64,000 nucleotides of DNA from Escherichia phage OES_C-1. Below, one piece after another: positions 1 to 8,727 of the stretch; positions within the stretch are counted from its first letter, which is position 1; the number at the start of each line of letters is the position of its first letter. The translations under genes and the position numbers were made by a program. Location of the stretch: the sequence record PQ553088; one strand, written 5' to 3'. Under the pieces are notes generated by a model. The model was not told where the DNA came from. It saw only the letters and a list, made by a program, of their open reading frames with translations, and did not search any database.

Positions 1-395
1 AAAAGTTCTTTAGAACCTTCAAATAATTTTCCAGCGAAATCAGTCCTTAGCCCATAAGCCATAACAGGAACATTATATGTATCAACAATTCGACTTAATT
101 GATGCACCTGTTCAGTTTTTAAAAACTGAGCTTCATCTACAAATACACAATGAATATCTTTTTGTGCTTCAGCCCATTTATAGAACTCAAAAATATCCAT
201 ATCATCCGTAATAATATTCGCTTCCTGCTTAATTCCAATGCGAGAAACGACTTCACAGACAGAATCGCGAGTATCAATAGCAGGCTTAAGAACTAATACA
301 CCCATTCCGCGTTCTTTATAATTATGTGCAGCAGTCAAAAGAGAAGCAGATTTTCCAGCATTCATTGCTGCGTAAGTAAAAATTAAACTCGCCAT
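1..395 (-). CDS. tk: thymidine kinase, partial (C-terminal part lies beyond window start)
   Basis: Minus-strand ORF with ATG at 393-395; translation MASLIFTYAAMNAGKSASLL... has a Walker A motif and matches T4 Tk as recalled. Confidence 0.85.
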   Translation of the reverse strand, partial: MASLIFTYAAMNAGKSASLLTAAHNYKERGMGVLVLKPAIDTRDSVCEVVSRIGIKQEANIITDDMDIFEFYKWAEAQKDIHCVFVDEAQFLKTEQVHQLSRIVDTYNVPVMAYGLRTDFAGKLFEGSKEL

Positions 396-404
396 ATCAC
401 CTTC

Positions 405-590
405 TTAAAGCATATTCACATAAGCTATTAATTCGTTTTCTTTCTTATCAAACCGGTCAGCAAATTCTTCTTGCTGTTCGGGAGATAGCGGGCCGTATTC
501 ATCATAAAAGGTGTTTACTTCTGTATGCTCATCTAGAAGTTCATGGATAAGCTCAAACAATTTATCTTTTTGTTCTTTGCTCAGACTCAT
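405..590 (-). CDS. hypothetical small protein (tk.1 position)
   Basis: 61 aa ORF, ATG at 588-590, ATGA overlap with the upstream small ORF. Confidence 0.5.
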   Translation of the reverse strand: MSLSKEQKDKLFELIHELLDEHTEVNTFYDEYGPLSPEQQEEFADRFDKKENELIAYVNML

Positions 591-760
591 ATATTAATTT
601 CCAGAAGTTTTAAAATAATTCGTTTTTGCTTAAATATTTCCATAGTTAAATGATCAGTATCTTTTTGACCAATTCCAATGGCAAAACCTTTATTAACAGC
701 GAGTTCAATTAAATTATCAAGTTCACGTAACACTTCATATTGTAACTCAAAACTATTCAT
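587..760 (-). CDS. hypothetical small protein, 57 aa (below ORF-track size cutoff)
   Basis: Own translation MNSFELQYEVLRELDNLIELAVNKGF...; ATGA overlaps at both ends (stop overlaps start at 590; its start overlaps stop of 757..963). Confidence 0.45.
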   Translation of the reverse strand: MNSFELQYEVLRELDNLIELAVNKGFAIGIGQKDTDHLTMEIFKQKRIILKLLEINI

Positions 761-963
761 TTTGGTTTACCTTCTTTAACGAAATCAGGATAAGGATAAA
801 ATCCTGAATAAAATCCTTCGCCTTTATGATTGATGCATCCTTTATTAGAGCAATAGCACCAATAATCGAAATCACAAGCCATTTCATCATTGCATAAAGC
901 AAAAACAACTGGCCATTTACACTTTTCACAATGGGCATTTTTAAGAATACTAGTTTGGCTCAT
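757..963 (-). CDS. hypothetical Cys-rich small protein, 68 aa
   Basis: Track ORF 757..984 trimmed to ATG at 963, which forms an ATGA overlap with the upstream gene; many Cys/His, possible zinc ribbon. Confidence 0.5.
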   Translation of the reverse strand: MSQTSILKNAHCEKCKWPVVFALCNDEMACDFDYWCYCSNKGCINHKGEGFYSGFYPYPDFVKEGKPK

Positions 964-1172
964 AACCATGTAACCTTTAAGCAATATTCTTCTACATGTT
1001 GTTTATGACCTTTCTTATCAATAAAGGTATATTCAACGAATGTTCCAATATAGTCTTTATCTACATCATGCGGACTATTAATTGGACATTTAGTACGGCA
1101 AATGCGTTCCCATTGACGAATAATTACTGCCTTATTCTTTGGGTCATATGGATGTGGATAATGTATATTCAT
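960..1172 (-). CDS. hypothetical small protein, 70 aa
   Basis: Track ORF 960..1187 trimmed to ATG at 1172, which forms an ATGA overlap with the macro-domain gene stop. Confidence 0.5.
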   Translation of the reverse strand: MNIHYPHPYDPKNKAVIIRQWERICRTKCPINSPHDVDKDYIGTFVEYTFIDKKGHKQHVEEYCLKVTWL

Positions 1173-1636
1173 AATAACGGTTCCCAATCAACAATCACAA
1201 TTTCTAATTTAGAGGAATATGTATCTAAAATCCCCTCAATAATATCCCAGTTCCCTTTACCTATGCCTGCACCAATCCTAGGCATATAGATTGTAGGTTT
1301 AATCAGTTTATTTTCACCAAACTCATTTAATTCTAACATACAATTCATTAAAGCGGAATACTCAAAATTTGGCCCTGGTTGAAATTGAGTATAAAGGTTG
1401 AAGCAATACGCTTTATGAGTCCTAAAGTATTTTTCATAGACTGAGTAAGAACCGAGTTTAGTTACATCACCCCATTCAGTCTGTAATTTATCAGCTTCCA
1501 AAATTTTAGGGAAAGCTTTGGTTAATTGACCCGCTACGCCTGAACCCATAGTATGAAAACAATTGCATCCATGCGCAATATTTTTACCTTCAGCGAAAAG
1601 GGCGACAATATCGCCCTTGATATATTTTACAATCAT
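1169..1636 (-). CDS. macro-domain (ADP-ribose binding/processing) protein
   Basis: 155 aa; N-terminal pattern YIKGDIVALFAEGKNIAHGCNCFHTMGSGVAGQL resembles the macro-domain signature; tk.4 position. Confidence 0.65.
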   Translation of the reverse strand: MIVKYIKGDIVALFAEGKNIAHGCNCFHTMGSGVAGQLTKAFPKILEADKLQTEWGDVTKLGSYSVYEKYFRTHKAYCFNLYTQFQPGPNFEYSALMNCMLELNEFGENKLIKPTIYMPRIGAGIGKGNWDIIEGILDTYSSKLEIVIVDWEPLL

Positions 1637-1974
1637 CTAGTACTCAATCCTCGATTATAAGAATCTACCAAACGGTCAACCATTGAATGACAAGCGGCTT
1701 TATCTTTCTCCTCCGCAACTGAACATTCTAAGGTATTCCACTTTTTAGCATATCGTTTTAATAATGTATCGTTTTTGTATCTGCTTGATTTATCTCTTTC
1801 TCCGTCTTTATATGCATATATTAATTTCTGCGCAAATTCAGCTTGGCATGCTTTATTTTTCCCGCAATAATCCGCTGCAGTACGGTTTACATACTCTCTA
1901 ATTTCAGTATATGATGTATCTGCTAACACAGAAAATGAAATTAATCCTATACATAAAACCAAAATTTTAGTCAT
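1633..1974 (-). CDS. secreted/periplasmic protein, function unknown
   Basis: 113 aa; N-terminal signal-peptide-like MTKILVLCIGLISFSVLA; vs position relative to T4. Confidence 0.55.
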   Translation of the reverse strand: MTKILVLCIGLISFSVLADTSYTEIREYVNRTAADYCGKNKACQAEFAQKLIYAYKDGERDKSSRYKNDTLLKRYAKKWNTLECSVAEEKDKAACHSMVDRLVDSYNRGLSTR

Positions 1975-2512
1975 TTACTATTTCCAAAAGTTTATTATTT
2001 TTAAGGTAATTAGCCTTTTCTAGGACTTCAGAAGCATATTTAGAACCTGCTTTAACATTCCATCCCGAATTATAAGATGATATTGCTTTTCTTATATCAC
2101 CCTTATGTATATTTAACCAATAAGAAAGTTCAATGTACGCCCAGGAAGCTGAATTGGACCGTTTATTCAACATTCTTTTTATTTCAGCATCGGTCATATT
2201 ATAACCAAGTTCCTTGACTCTCGCTCGCATAGTAGGCAAATAATTTTGGAACATTCCATAGGCATGATGCTTTGGTTTAGATTTTAAATTAACTCCGGCA
2301 GAGCTTTCTTGCCACAAAATAGCAGCCATTATATGACCCAATCCGCTCTTATGGATGTTTTTGTGTGTTTTATATTTTCCATCCTTAGAAAATTGTTCCC
2401 CGAATTGATACGCGTAACGCATGTTATCGAGTTGGACATTACTGAAAGTATGCTCGGAGCTATGTGCCATCATTGAAATGGCCAATAGACCAGCGAGTAG
2501 TGCTTTTCTCAT
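1967..2512 (-). CDS. secreted lytic transglycosylase-like protein (SLT family)
   Basis: 181 aa; signal-peptide-like N-terminus; motifs LWQESS, GMFQ and SSYNSG resemble SLT catalytic motifs. Confidence 0.6.
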   Translation of the reverse strand: MRKALLAGLLAISMMAHSSEHTFSNVQLDNMRYAYQFGEQFSKDGKYKTHKNIHKSGLGHIMAAILWQESSAGVNLKSKPKHHAYGMFQNYLPTMRARVKELGYNMTDAEIKRMLNKRSNSASWAYIELSYWLNIHKGDIRKAISSYNSGWNVKAGSKYASEVLEKANYLKNNKLLEIVND

Positions 2513-2519
2513 GCTTACC

Positions 2520-2981
2520 TCATTGAGTTTTAATTACTGCTTTAGAAGCCTTTCCTGGTAAACGACGACTGTTGATAATTGCCATCCTGCACTGAAGTGA
2601 CGGGTCTTTGAACTTCTCGTTAGGTTTACAAACTGTAAATCCAAGCCAAAGATTTCCATCAGTGATTTCTAAACGTCCAGGACGATATTCAATCCCATCA
2701 ATAAAATCCTCGTCAATATCAGGGCGTGGAGGCATACTCAGGAATTCATTAACTTCTAAAACATGGTCTTTTATTTTATGGAATAATTCAAAAACATATG
2801 TCTCATCAATCTCCCGTTGAATTGCACGATCAAGAAGATGTTGAGAATATTTTAGATGAAACGATGAGACCCCTGCTGCTTTTGATGCCTCACGAATCTC
2901 ATTGTTAATTTGACGAAACTCCGACTCAAAGTGACGACGGAGCTTATTTCGACGGATAAAAACTTCTGTGTTGATAGTCAT
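2520..2981 (-). CDS. regB: RegB site-specific endoribonuclease
   Basis: 153 aa, same length as T4 RegB; position between tk and denV. Confidence 0.75.
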   Translation of the reverse strand: MTINTEVFIRRNKLRRHFESEFRQINNEIREASKAAGVSSFHLKYSQHLLDRAIQREIDETYVFELFHKIKDHVLEVNEFLSMPPRPDIDEDFIDGIEYRPGRLEITDGNLWLGFTVCKPNEKFKDPSLQCRMAIINSRRLPGKASKAVIKTQ

Positions 2982-3040
2982 GTTATTCTCCTCTTAACTG
3001 ATAGAAAAATTATACCACAGTCAAGAGGAAAAGTAAACAG

Positions 3041-3319
3041 TTATTCTTTAAATCTAATCAATTTATTCATAGACTTTGAAACTTCTGCACGGACCTCATG
3101 TAGGTTTTTAAGCTGTTCAAGACGCTGCTCATAGTAAGCAATTTCATCTTCTTCGAGACAGTCCTGTGAATCTTCTTTAAGATAGCGTGCATAGTCCTGG
3201 AAAGCGTTACGGACTACTTCCTGGAAGTCATCAAGACTTTGAATTTTCTTAGGAGCAACAGATACACGACGAGGGGCAGTATAATACTCATAACCAAACC
3301 CTGCGCTTAATTGAGCCAT
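3041..3319 (-). CDS. hypothetical protein (vs.3 position)
   Basis: Track ORF 3041..3361 trimmed to ATG at 3319 (TAATG coupling with upstream stop); start uncertain. Confidence 0.4.
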   Translation of the reverse strand: MAQLSAGFGYEYYTAPRRVSVAPKKIQSLDDFQEVVRNAFQDYARYLKEDSQDCLEEDEIAYYEQRLEQLKNLHEVRAEVSKSMNKLIRFKE

Positions 3320-3585
3320 TAATATTTTTCCTCTGGTTGGAACACAGCACGACAAGCCCACATACTGGCTTCTTTGAGTTTTGTTTTAGCAATAGTTAAC
3401 TGATCGAGGCTTTCAGCATAATTCTTTGCGAATTCACAGTCTTCACAATTATCTAGCGCTTCCCAGAATTCATCATATAAAGCATCAAAGATAAGTCCTA
3501 AACGAACTTCAGCGTCTTTGATAGCATTCACTTTACCGATTTTCTCTTCAGTATGTGGCTTATAACCCTTAATGTCTTCAATCAT
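3319..3585 (-). CDS. hypothetical small protein at the T4 vs.4 position (possible Acb2-like cyclic-oligonucleotide sponge)
   Basis: Track start at 3621 is TTG; ATG at 3585 is preceded by GAGGAAG; alternative ATG at 3615; functional call by synteny only. Confidence 0.4.
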   Translation of the reverse strand: MIEDIKGYKPHTEEKIGKVNAIKDAEVRLGLIFDALYDEFWEALDNCEDCEFAKNYAESLDQLTIAKTKLKEASMWACRAVFQPEEKY

Positions 3586-3799
3586 ATTTGACTTCCTCAC
3601 CAGTACATAAATCATATTCAACTAAACGAATAGGTTCATGAATGCCATATCCCTGAACAGAAATTTCTGTCGTAGGATAAATTCCACTAATATCACCCAT
3701 GTTCCACGCTTCATTAAATTGCTGTTCGCCTGAATTACTAAACCATTCGGCGAAAGCATTTAGCACATCTTCAGAACCTTCAATAATTATCTTTGTCAT
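3578..3799 (-). CDS. hypothetical protein, 73 aa
   Basis: ATG at 3797-3799 forms TAATG overlap with the stop of the GrcA-like gene. Confidence 0.5.
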   Translation of the reverse strand: MTKIIIEGSEDVLNAFAEWFSNSGEQQFNEAWNMGDISGIYPTTEISVQGYGIHEPIRLVEYDLCTGEEVKYD

Positions 3800-4155
3800 T
3801 ACAGGCTCTCAGTAAAGGTACGAGCGATAACGTCGCGCTGCTGTTCCGGAGTCAGAGAGTTAAAGCGAACTGCATAACCGGATACACGGATGGTCAGCTG
3901 CGGATATTTTTCCGGATGCTTAACTGCATCTTCCAGAGTTTCACGACGCAGAACGTTAACGTTCAGGTGTTGACCACCTTCAATTTTAACTGTAGGCTGT
4001 GTTTCAATTTCACGGGCATGCAAACCATAGAAAATTTCTGGGTCTACAAAAGAGTCCTCTTTAAAGGTTTTAGAAACAATAATTCGTGCTTGAATACCAT
4101 CTTCAAAATAAATAGTACCTTTATGTGTGCCTTCAAGAATTTGATATGCTTTCAT
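3799..4155 (-). CDS. autonomous glycyl-radical cofactor protein (GrcA/YfiD-like)
   Basis: 118 aa; C-terminal half ...[59 protein letters not shown] carries the RVSGYAVRF glycyl-radical motif and matches E. coli YfiD as recalled; this half is GC-richer than the rest. Confidence 0.8.
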   Translation of the reverse strand: MKAYQILEGTHKGTIYFEDGIQARIIVSKTFKEDSFVDPEIFYGLHAREIETQPTVKIEGGQHLNVNVLRRETLEDAVKHPEKYPQLTIRVSGYAVRFNSLTPEQQRDVIARTFTESL

Positions 4156-4161
4156 ATAACC

Positions 4162-4491
4162 TCAATTAGAAAATAAATTTATCCAAGATTGTTCTTTAAT
4201 TAAAAATGGCTCAGAATCATATGCCATTAAACTTTGGGTGATTAGTCCTTTAAAAGGACCATCAATAAATTCCATAGTAAAATATGGAATTTTATTCATT
4301 AACCTTGCATTAGGAGCAGTGCACAAAACTCTGCATCCTTTGAATACACCTTTTTGTAATTTGTATTGCTTGGGATAAAATTCGCTCAAGACGTTGTTAT
4401 TTGCCAAAATTTCAAAATGATTCACCAATTTATTTTTAATAGTTTTTGGCGAAAAATAAAGATATTCGAAAAGTTGCGTATCTGTCATCAT
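4162..4491 (-). CDS. hypothetical protein (vs.7 position)
   Basis: Track ORF 4162..4542; ATG at 4491 gives ATGA overlap with upstream stop; ATG at 4542 also possible. Confidence 0.4.
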   Translation of the reverse strand: MMTDTQLFEYLYFSPKTIKNKLVNHFEILANNNVLSEFYPKQYKLQKGVFKGCRVLCTAPNARLMNKIPYFTMEFIDGPFKGLITQSLMAYDSEPFLIKEQSWINLFSN

Positions 4492-5075
4492 TGCATTCCA
4501 ATTACGAAAAACTGCGGACGAGTAATACCGCCAATGCAGCATTTACTATTACAGCAGTGTTGCACAGTTTCAATATGAATATCGTAAATTTTATCCATAT
4601 CAGGAGATTTAACAGGCTCATCGATTATATACAAAATTCGCGAAAGAGATAAACCTCTGAACTTGCTTCCTTTATTACCGATAAAACTACGGACAGAATC
4701 AGTAAATAAGCGGAATCGAATATCATCACTAGAATAACGAGAAAATTCTTTTTTAATGTGGCCTGCAGAAATTTTAGCGTAAGCTGAAGTATTAGAAAGA
4801 ACAATAACTGTTCCACCGTCATACAGCCAATTAGCAGCAAAGTTAGTCACAGCAGTTGATTTACCGGATTGACGTCCACCGTCTAGTCGAAGTGTGCAAT
4901 ACTGCTTAAGTAAGTCTTCAAATGGTGGGATATATTCGTTTTTACAAATTTCTTCTACTCTAGCATCAGAATGGTGTGTAAAAGCATTCATCAGGGATAG
5001 ATAAGGACCAGTTAAAAATGTTCTCATTTTATTCTCTCTAAATTTGGGCCATTCCATGGCGCATGAATTGTCCAT
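4488..5075 (-). CDS. P-loop (Walker A) protein, function unknown
   Basis: 195 aa; GGRQSGKST motif; alternative in-frame ATGs at 5057 and 5027. Confidence 0.5.
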   Translation of the reverse strand: MDNSCAMEWPKFRENKMRTFLTGPYLSLMNAFTHHSDARVEEICKNEYIPPFEDLLKQYCTLRLDGGRQSGKSTAVTNFAANWLYDGGTVIVLSNTSAYAKISAGHIKKEFSRYSSDDIRFRLFTDSVRSFIGNKGSKFRGLSLSRILYIIDEPVKSPDMDKIYDIHIETVQHCCNSKCCIGGITRPQFFVIGMQ

Positions 5076-5172
5076 TTCTGTATTTACCCATTACCGCACT
5101 TGGGCTCGACCTTATTACAGGTTGGCGGGAATCCCTCATAGAATCATGAGGTCCAGGTTATTCCCATGTTAT
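5076..5172 (-). other. GC-rich structured intergenic element downstream of denV
   Basis: Minus-sense nested inverted repeats GGGAAT...CCTCAT-GATTCT-ATGAGG...ATTCCC; GC content far above the local AT-rich background; no U-tract. Confidence 0.3.
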
Positions 5173-5589
5173 TTAAATGTAAATATTTTTGCCGTAATAC
5201 TTATACCAGTGTGGCTTCATTAAAATTTTTTCATCGAGTCGTTGTTGACTCAACTTAATAGCTGATTTGCATGGATTATAATCATTTTTCCATTCTACTG
5301 GAATATCGCTGATGTCAGGAACTTCAGTATCTTTTATACTGAACCCGCGTTTTAAGCATTCCGTTATAATGTCCGATTGACGCTTTCGCAAAAATTCTAA
5401 CTTATCGTAAAAGAAAGTAACATGACCAGAACCTAAAATAAATTTAGAAGATATTTTAAAATCTTTAGCGCGCTTACCGTTTGCCACATGCTTACGAACT
5501 ATACCAAAAACACGTGGTAATTCACGATACTCAGCCATAAGATGTTGGTCGGTCAGTTCAGAAACAAGTGTTAAATTGATACGAGTCAT
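5173..5589 (-). CDS. denV: endonuclease V (pyrimidine-dimer DNA glycosylase)
   Basis: 138 aa from ATG at 5589 with GGAGGAA upstream; [12 protein letters not shown]...WYKYYGK matches T4 endo V as recalled; track start at 5601 is TTG. Confidence 0.9.
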   Translation of the reverse strand: MTRINLTLVSELTDQHLMAEYRELPRVFGIVRKHVANGKRAKDFKISSKFILGSGHVTFFYDKLEFLRKRQSDIITECLKRGFSIKDTEVPDISDIPVEWKNDYNPCKSAIKLSQQRLDEKILMKPHWYKYYGKNIYI

Positions 5590-5647
5590 AATTTCCTCCA
5601 AGTAGTTGATGAATGTATAGTATCAAAGTCCTTGGAGGAAGTAAACA

Positions 5648-6450
<803 letters not shown>

Positions 6451-6906
6451 TTAAAAGAGGTTGTTCATTATTCGGTAAAGTGAAGGACCCATCACATATT
6501 GCCACTGGGTACGAGGAATAAGAGCAAAAGCGTCCATCTCTGGAATCATAATGCCATCTTTATTTTCAAAATAAGACTCACAATGGCAATTTCTAAACAT
6601 CTCATGCTCTACTGGAATCGTATAATAAAATAACTGTAAGTCTTTATTACTAGAATATTTAAATACACCTAGGTCTTCTAGAAGGTCTGGATTATAATTG
6701 CTAAAACCAGTCTCTTCTAAACATTCTCTTCGTGCTGCATCTAGTGCGCTTAAATCAGAATTTTCTATACGGCCCTTTGGAATATCCCAGCGATGGGCCA
6801 TCATTCCAGGCTTACGAGAACCGGTAACCCGACCCATAAATAAATCTTTGTCTTCTGTCATAAAGATAATACCAGCTGATAATGTTTTCATTTTAATTTC
6901 CTGCAT
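6451..6906 (-). CDS. nudE: Nudix hydrolase
   Basis: 151 aa; Nudix box GRIENSDLSALDAARRECLEETG; alternative ATGA-coupled start at 6891. Confidence 0.8.
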   Translation of the reverse strand: MQEIKMKTLSAGIIFMTEDKDLFMGRVTGSRKPGMMAHRWDIPKGRIENSDLSALDAARRECLEETGFSNYNPDLLEDLGVFKYSSNKDLQLFYYTIPVEHEMFRNCHCESYFENKDGIMIPEMDAFALIPRTQWQYVMGPSLYRIMNNLF

Positions 6907-7376
6907 TCAGTGATAAAGTTATTTAAATTTTGAGTATATTTCTTTTCATCAAAAATCTTTTGTTGTCTGCGTAGCCGCCATGGCATTTCAATGAACGTGT
7001 ACCATATCCCAGATAATATTGCTGCTGTAAAAATATTAACAAGTATGGTTAAAAGAATCCAATCTCCTATTCTGTCCATTGGATTTTTTATAAAAAAGTA
7101 AAATACGAATGATGTCACAGGAAGACTAATAATATACCACAGAATCATAATCTTATCTGTGAACCAATCAGCGTTCGTTAACTTAGCGCGACCATTATAA
7201 ATACACACGAATTTATCATCTGTTATAGTAGATGGCTTAACTGGTTGATATCCCATTCTAAACTCCCTAATCAACAAATTTTTCATATCTTCGGAACAGC
7301 CATTCCAGTCAACTCTATCAACTGGAATGCCATCATCCCCATCATCTAAATCATACCAGCGAGTTTTTAAAATCAT
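6888..7376 (-). CDS. membrane-protein cassette 4 (N-terminal soluble part plus 2 predicted TM helices; C-terminal ...NFITECRKLK)
   Basis: 162 aa; hydrophobic stretches; ATGA overlap with upstream gene. Confidence 0.6.
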   Translation of the reverse strand: MILKTRWYDLDDGDDGIPVDRVDWNGCSEDMKNLLIREFRMGYQPVKPSTITDDKFVCIYNGRAKLTNADWFTDKIMILWYIISLPVTSFVFYFFIKNPMDRIGDWILLTILVNIFTAAILSGIWYTFIEMPWRLRRQQKIFDEKKYTQNLNNFITECRKLK

Positions 7377-7735
7377 TTGATTTTCCTACAATCACTCACA
7401 AACTCTTTCATTGATTCATTTTCAATATAAGACATGTAGTTATTATATTCTTTTAATTGTATTTTGTAATCCTTTTTTCTTTGCCAATTTATTTTAAAAT
7501 TATCATAATGAAAATATAAAATGATACTAAAGAATGAAAATAATGAAATTGCTATAGTATAGTGAAGTTCACTCCAAACTTCTATTATATTTACTGTGCT
7601 GTCAATGTTTAAAATAAGACAGTCAATTAACAATCCAAAAAGACTACCCGCAAGAGCTGCAGCCAACGCCACAGCAAAAATTAAAAATGACTCAGAAAAC
7701 GAATATTTGACTTTATTTAGTTTTGGCTTTTGCAT
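7373..7735 (-). CDS. membrane-protein cassette 3 (2 predicted TM helices; C-terminal ...EFVSDCRKIK)
   Basis: 120 aa; hydrophobic stretches; ATG at 7733-7735. Confidence 0.6.
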   Translation of the reverse strand: MQKPKLNKVKYSFSESFLIFAVALAAALAGSLFGLLIDCLILNIDSTVNIIEVWSELHYTIAISLFSFFSIILYFHYDNFKINWQRKKDYKIQLKEYNNYMSYIENESMKEFVSDCRKIK

Positions 7736-8109
7736 CGTGATTCCTTAACAAATTTCATAATTTCATCAAATTCATACGCGGCAAGTTTAAACTGGTGTTC
7801 CTTTTTAATCTTTTTACACTGTGCTTTCCAATCACGTACACGTTTACGATAATGTCTTCCTTGATACCAGTATCCTACCCAATTTACAGGTACTAATAAA
7901 AGTGGAACTATTAATGGAAGAATTAGCATTAACACAAGTATTTCGCCAGAATCAATATCAGTCATAACATCTAAAACACCTCCAATAATCAATAGAATTA
8001 CAAATGATATGAGTATAACAGGACCTATTAATACATCAGTAGAAATTAGCTGGCGCTTTAATTCATACTTTAAGGGTTTACTTGGAAGATACATTGATGG
8101 CTTTGACAT
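7717..8109 (-). CDS. membrane-protein cassette 2 (2 predicted TM helices; C-terminal ...KFVKESRCKSQN)
   Basis: Track start 8130 is TTG; ATG at 8109 is preceded by AAGGAA lying inside the upstream gene's C-terminal codons. Confidence 0.55.
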   Translation of the reverse strand: MSKPSMYLPSKPLKYELKRQLISTDVLIGPVILISFVILLIIGGVLDVMTDIDSGEILVLMLILPLIVPLLLVPVNWVGYWYQGRHYRKRVRDWKAQCKKIKKEHQFKLAAYEFDEIMKFVKESRCKSQN

Positions 8110-8686
8110 ATTCTCTACATTCCTTAACAAATTTTTCTAATAATAAATCGCTTTCAAAATTAGGATTTTCCACGAATTTATCAAAAAGATCATCAACGAT
8201 AGTTAAGATATTCTTTTTACTAAGAATACGCTTATTTTCATATTTTGTTTCAGAGTCAACTATAAGAGTAAAGAAATATTTCTTTCCCTGAAATTTTACC
8301 GTAGTATCAATATAGAACAAATTTGACTTTTGTAAATTACGTTTAAACCATGCGTCACTTAAACTATAAACGCCAAGATAATCATAATCGTCATTTAAAT
8401 AACAAACTGTCCATTCAGGAGAAATGAAATCAGTAAATTCAACATCAAAATCACACGTCAATGAATGAATTGATTCAATACTTTTAATGAGTATTCCAGG
8501 ACGTATTAAAGACTTTTTACCTCTAGAAAATCTTCCGGAAAGGCTTTCATCAGTTTCATATGAAGACCCCCAATAGTAATTACGTCCTTCTGCCATGCGT
8601 TTAAGAGCATTTAGTAATTGGTCTGGAACATCAACCTGTCTTTGGAACTCTTCAAACATTGAATTGAAATCATTTTGCATTCTCAT
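8078..8686 (-). CDS. cassette 1, 202 aa soluble protein, function unknown (C-terminal ...KFVKECREYVKAINVSSK)
   Basis: ATG at 8686; shares the C-terminal FVKECR junction motif with the three downstream cassettes. Confidence 0.6.
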   Translation of the reverse strand: MRMQNDFNSMFEEFQRQVDVPDQLLNALKRMAEGRNYYWGSSYETDESLSGRFSRGKKSLIRPGILIKSIESIHSLTCDFDVEFTDFISPEWTVCYLNDDYDYLGVYSLSDAWFKRNLQKSNLFYIDTTVKFQGKKYFFTLIVDSETKYENKRILSKKNILTIVDDLFDKFVENPNFESDLLLEKFVKECREYVKAINVSSK

Positions 8687-8706
8687 TCCTATTTACTCCA
8701 AGTAAT

Positions 8707-8725
8707 AGGGGCCGAAGCCCCTTAT
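8707..8725 (-). repeat. hairpin aggggccgaagccccttat; exact 19-nt copy also at 50511-50529
   Basis: GGGGC-CGAA-GCCCC stem-loop; identical 19-mer at two distant loci. Confidence 0.6.
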
Positions 8726-8727
8726 CA

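Noticed and set aside
753-938. Minus-strand 61-aa ORF overlapping 757-963 in another frame
   Set aside because: Overlaps a better-supported coupled gene; hydrophobic low-complexity translation
996-1289. Plus-strand 97-aa ORF
   Set aside because: Lies antisense to the tightly coupled minus-strand genes 960-1172 and 1169-1636, with low-complexity translation; judged a shadow ORF
3793-4176. Plus-strand 127-aa ORF
   Set aside because: Exactly antisense to the GrcA-like gene, which has a strongly conserved glycyl-radical motif
5590-5601. Track ORF starts that are TTG/GTG rather than ATG (also 5944, 8130, 9806, 16277, 16977, 20559, 54222, 3621)
   Set aside because: Checked codon by codon; each was trimmed to the first in-frame ATG with a ribosome-binding site or an ATGA/TAATG coupling that fits known T4 protein lengths
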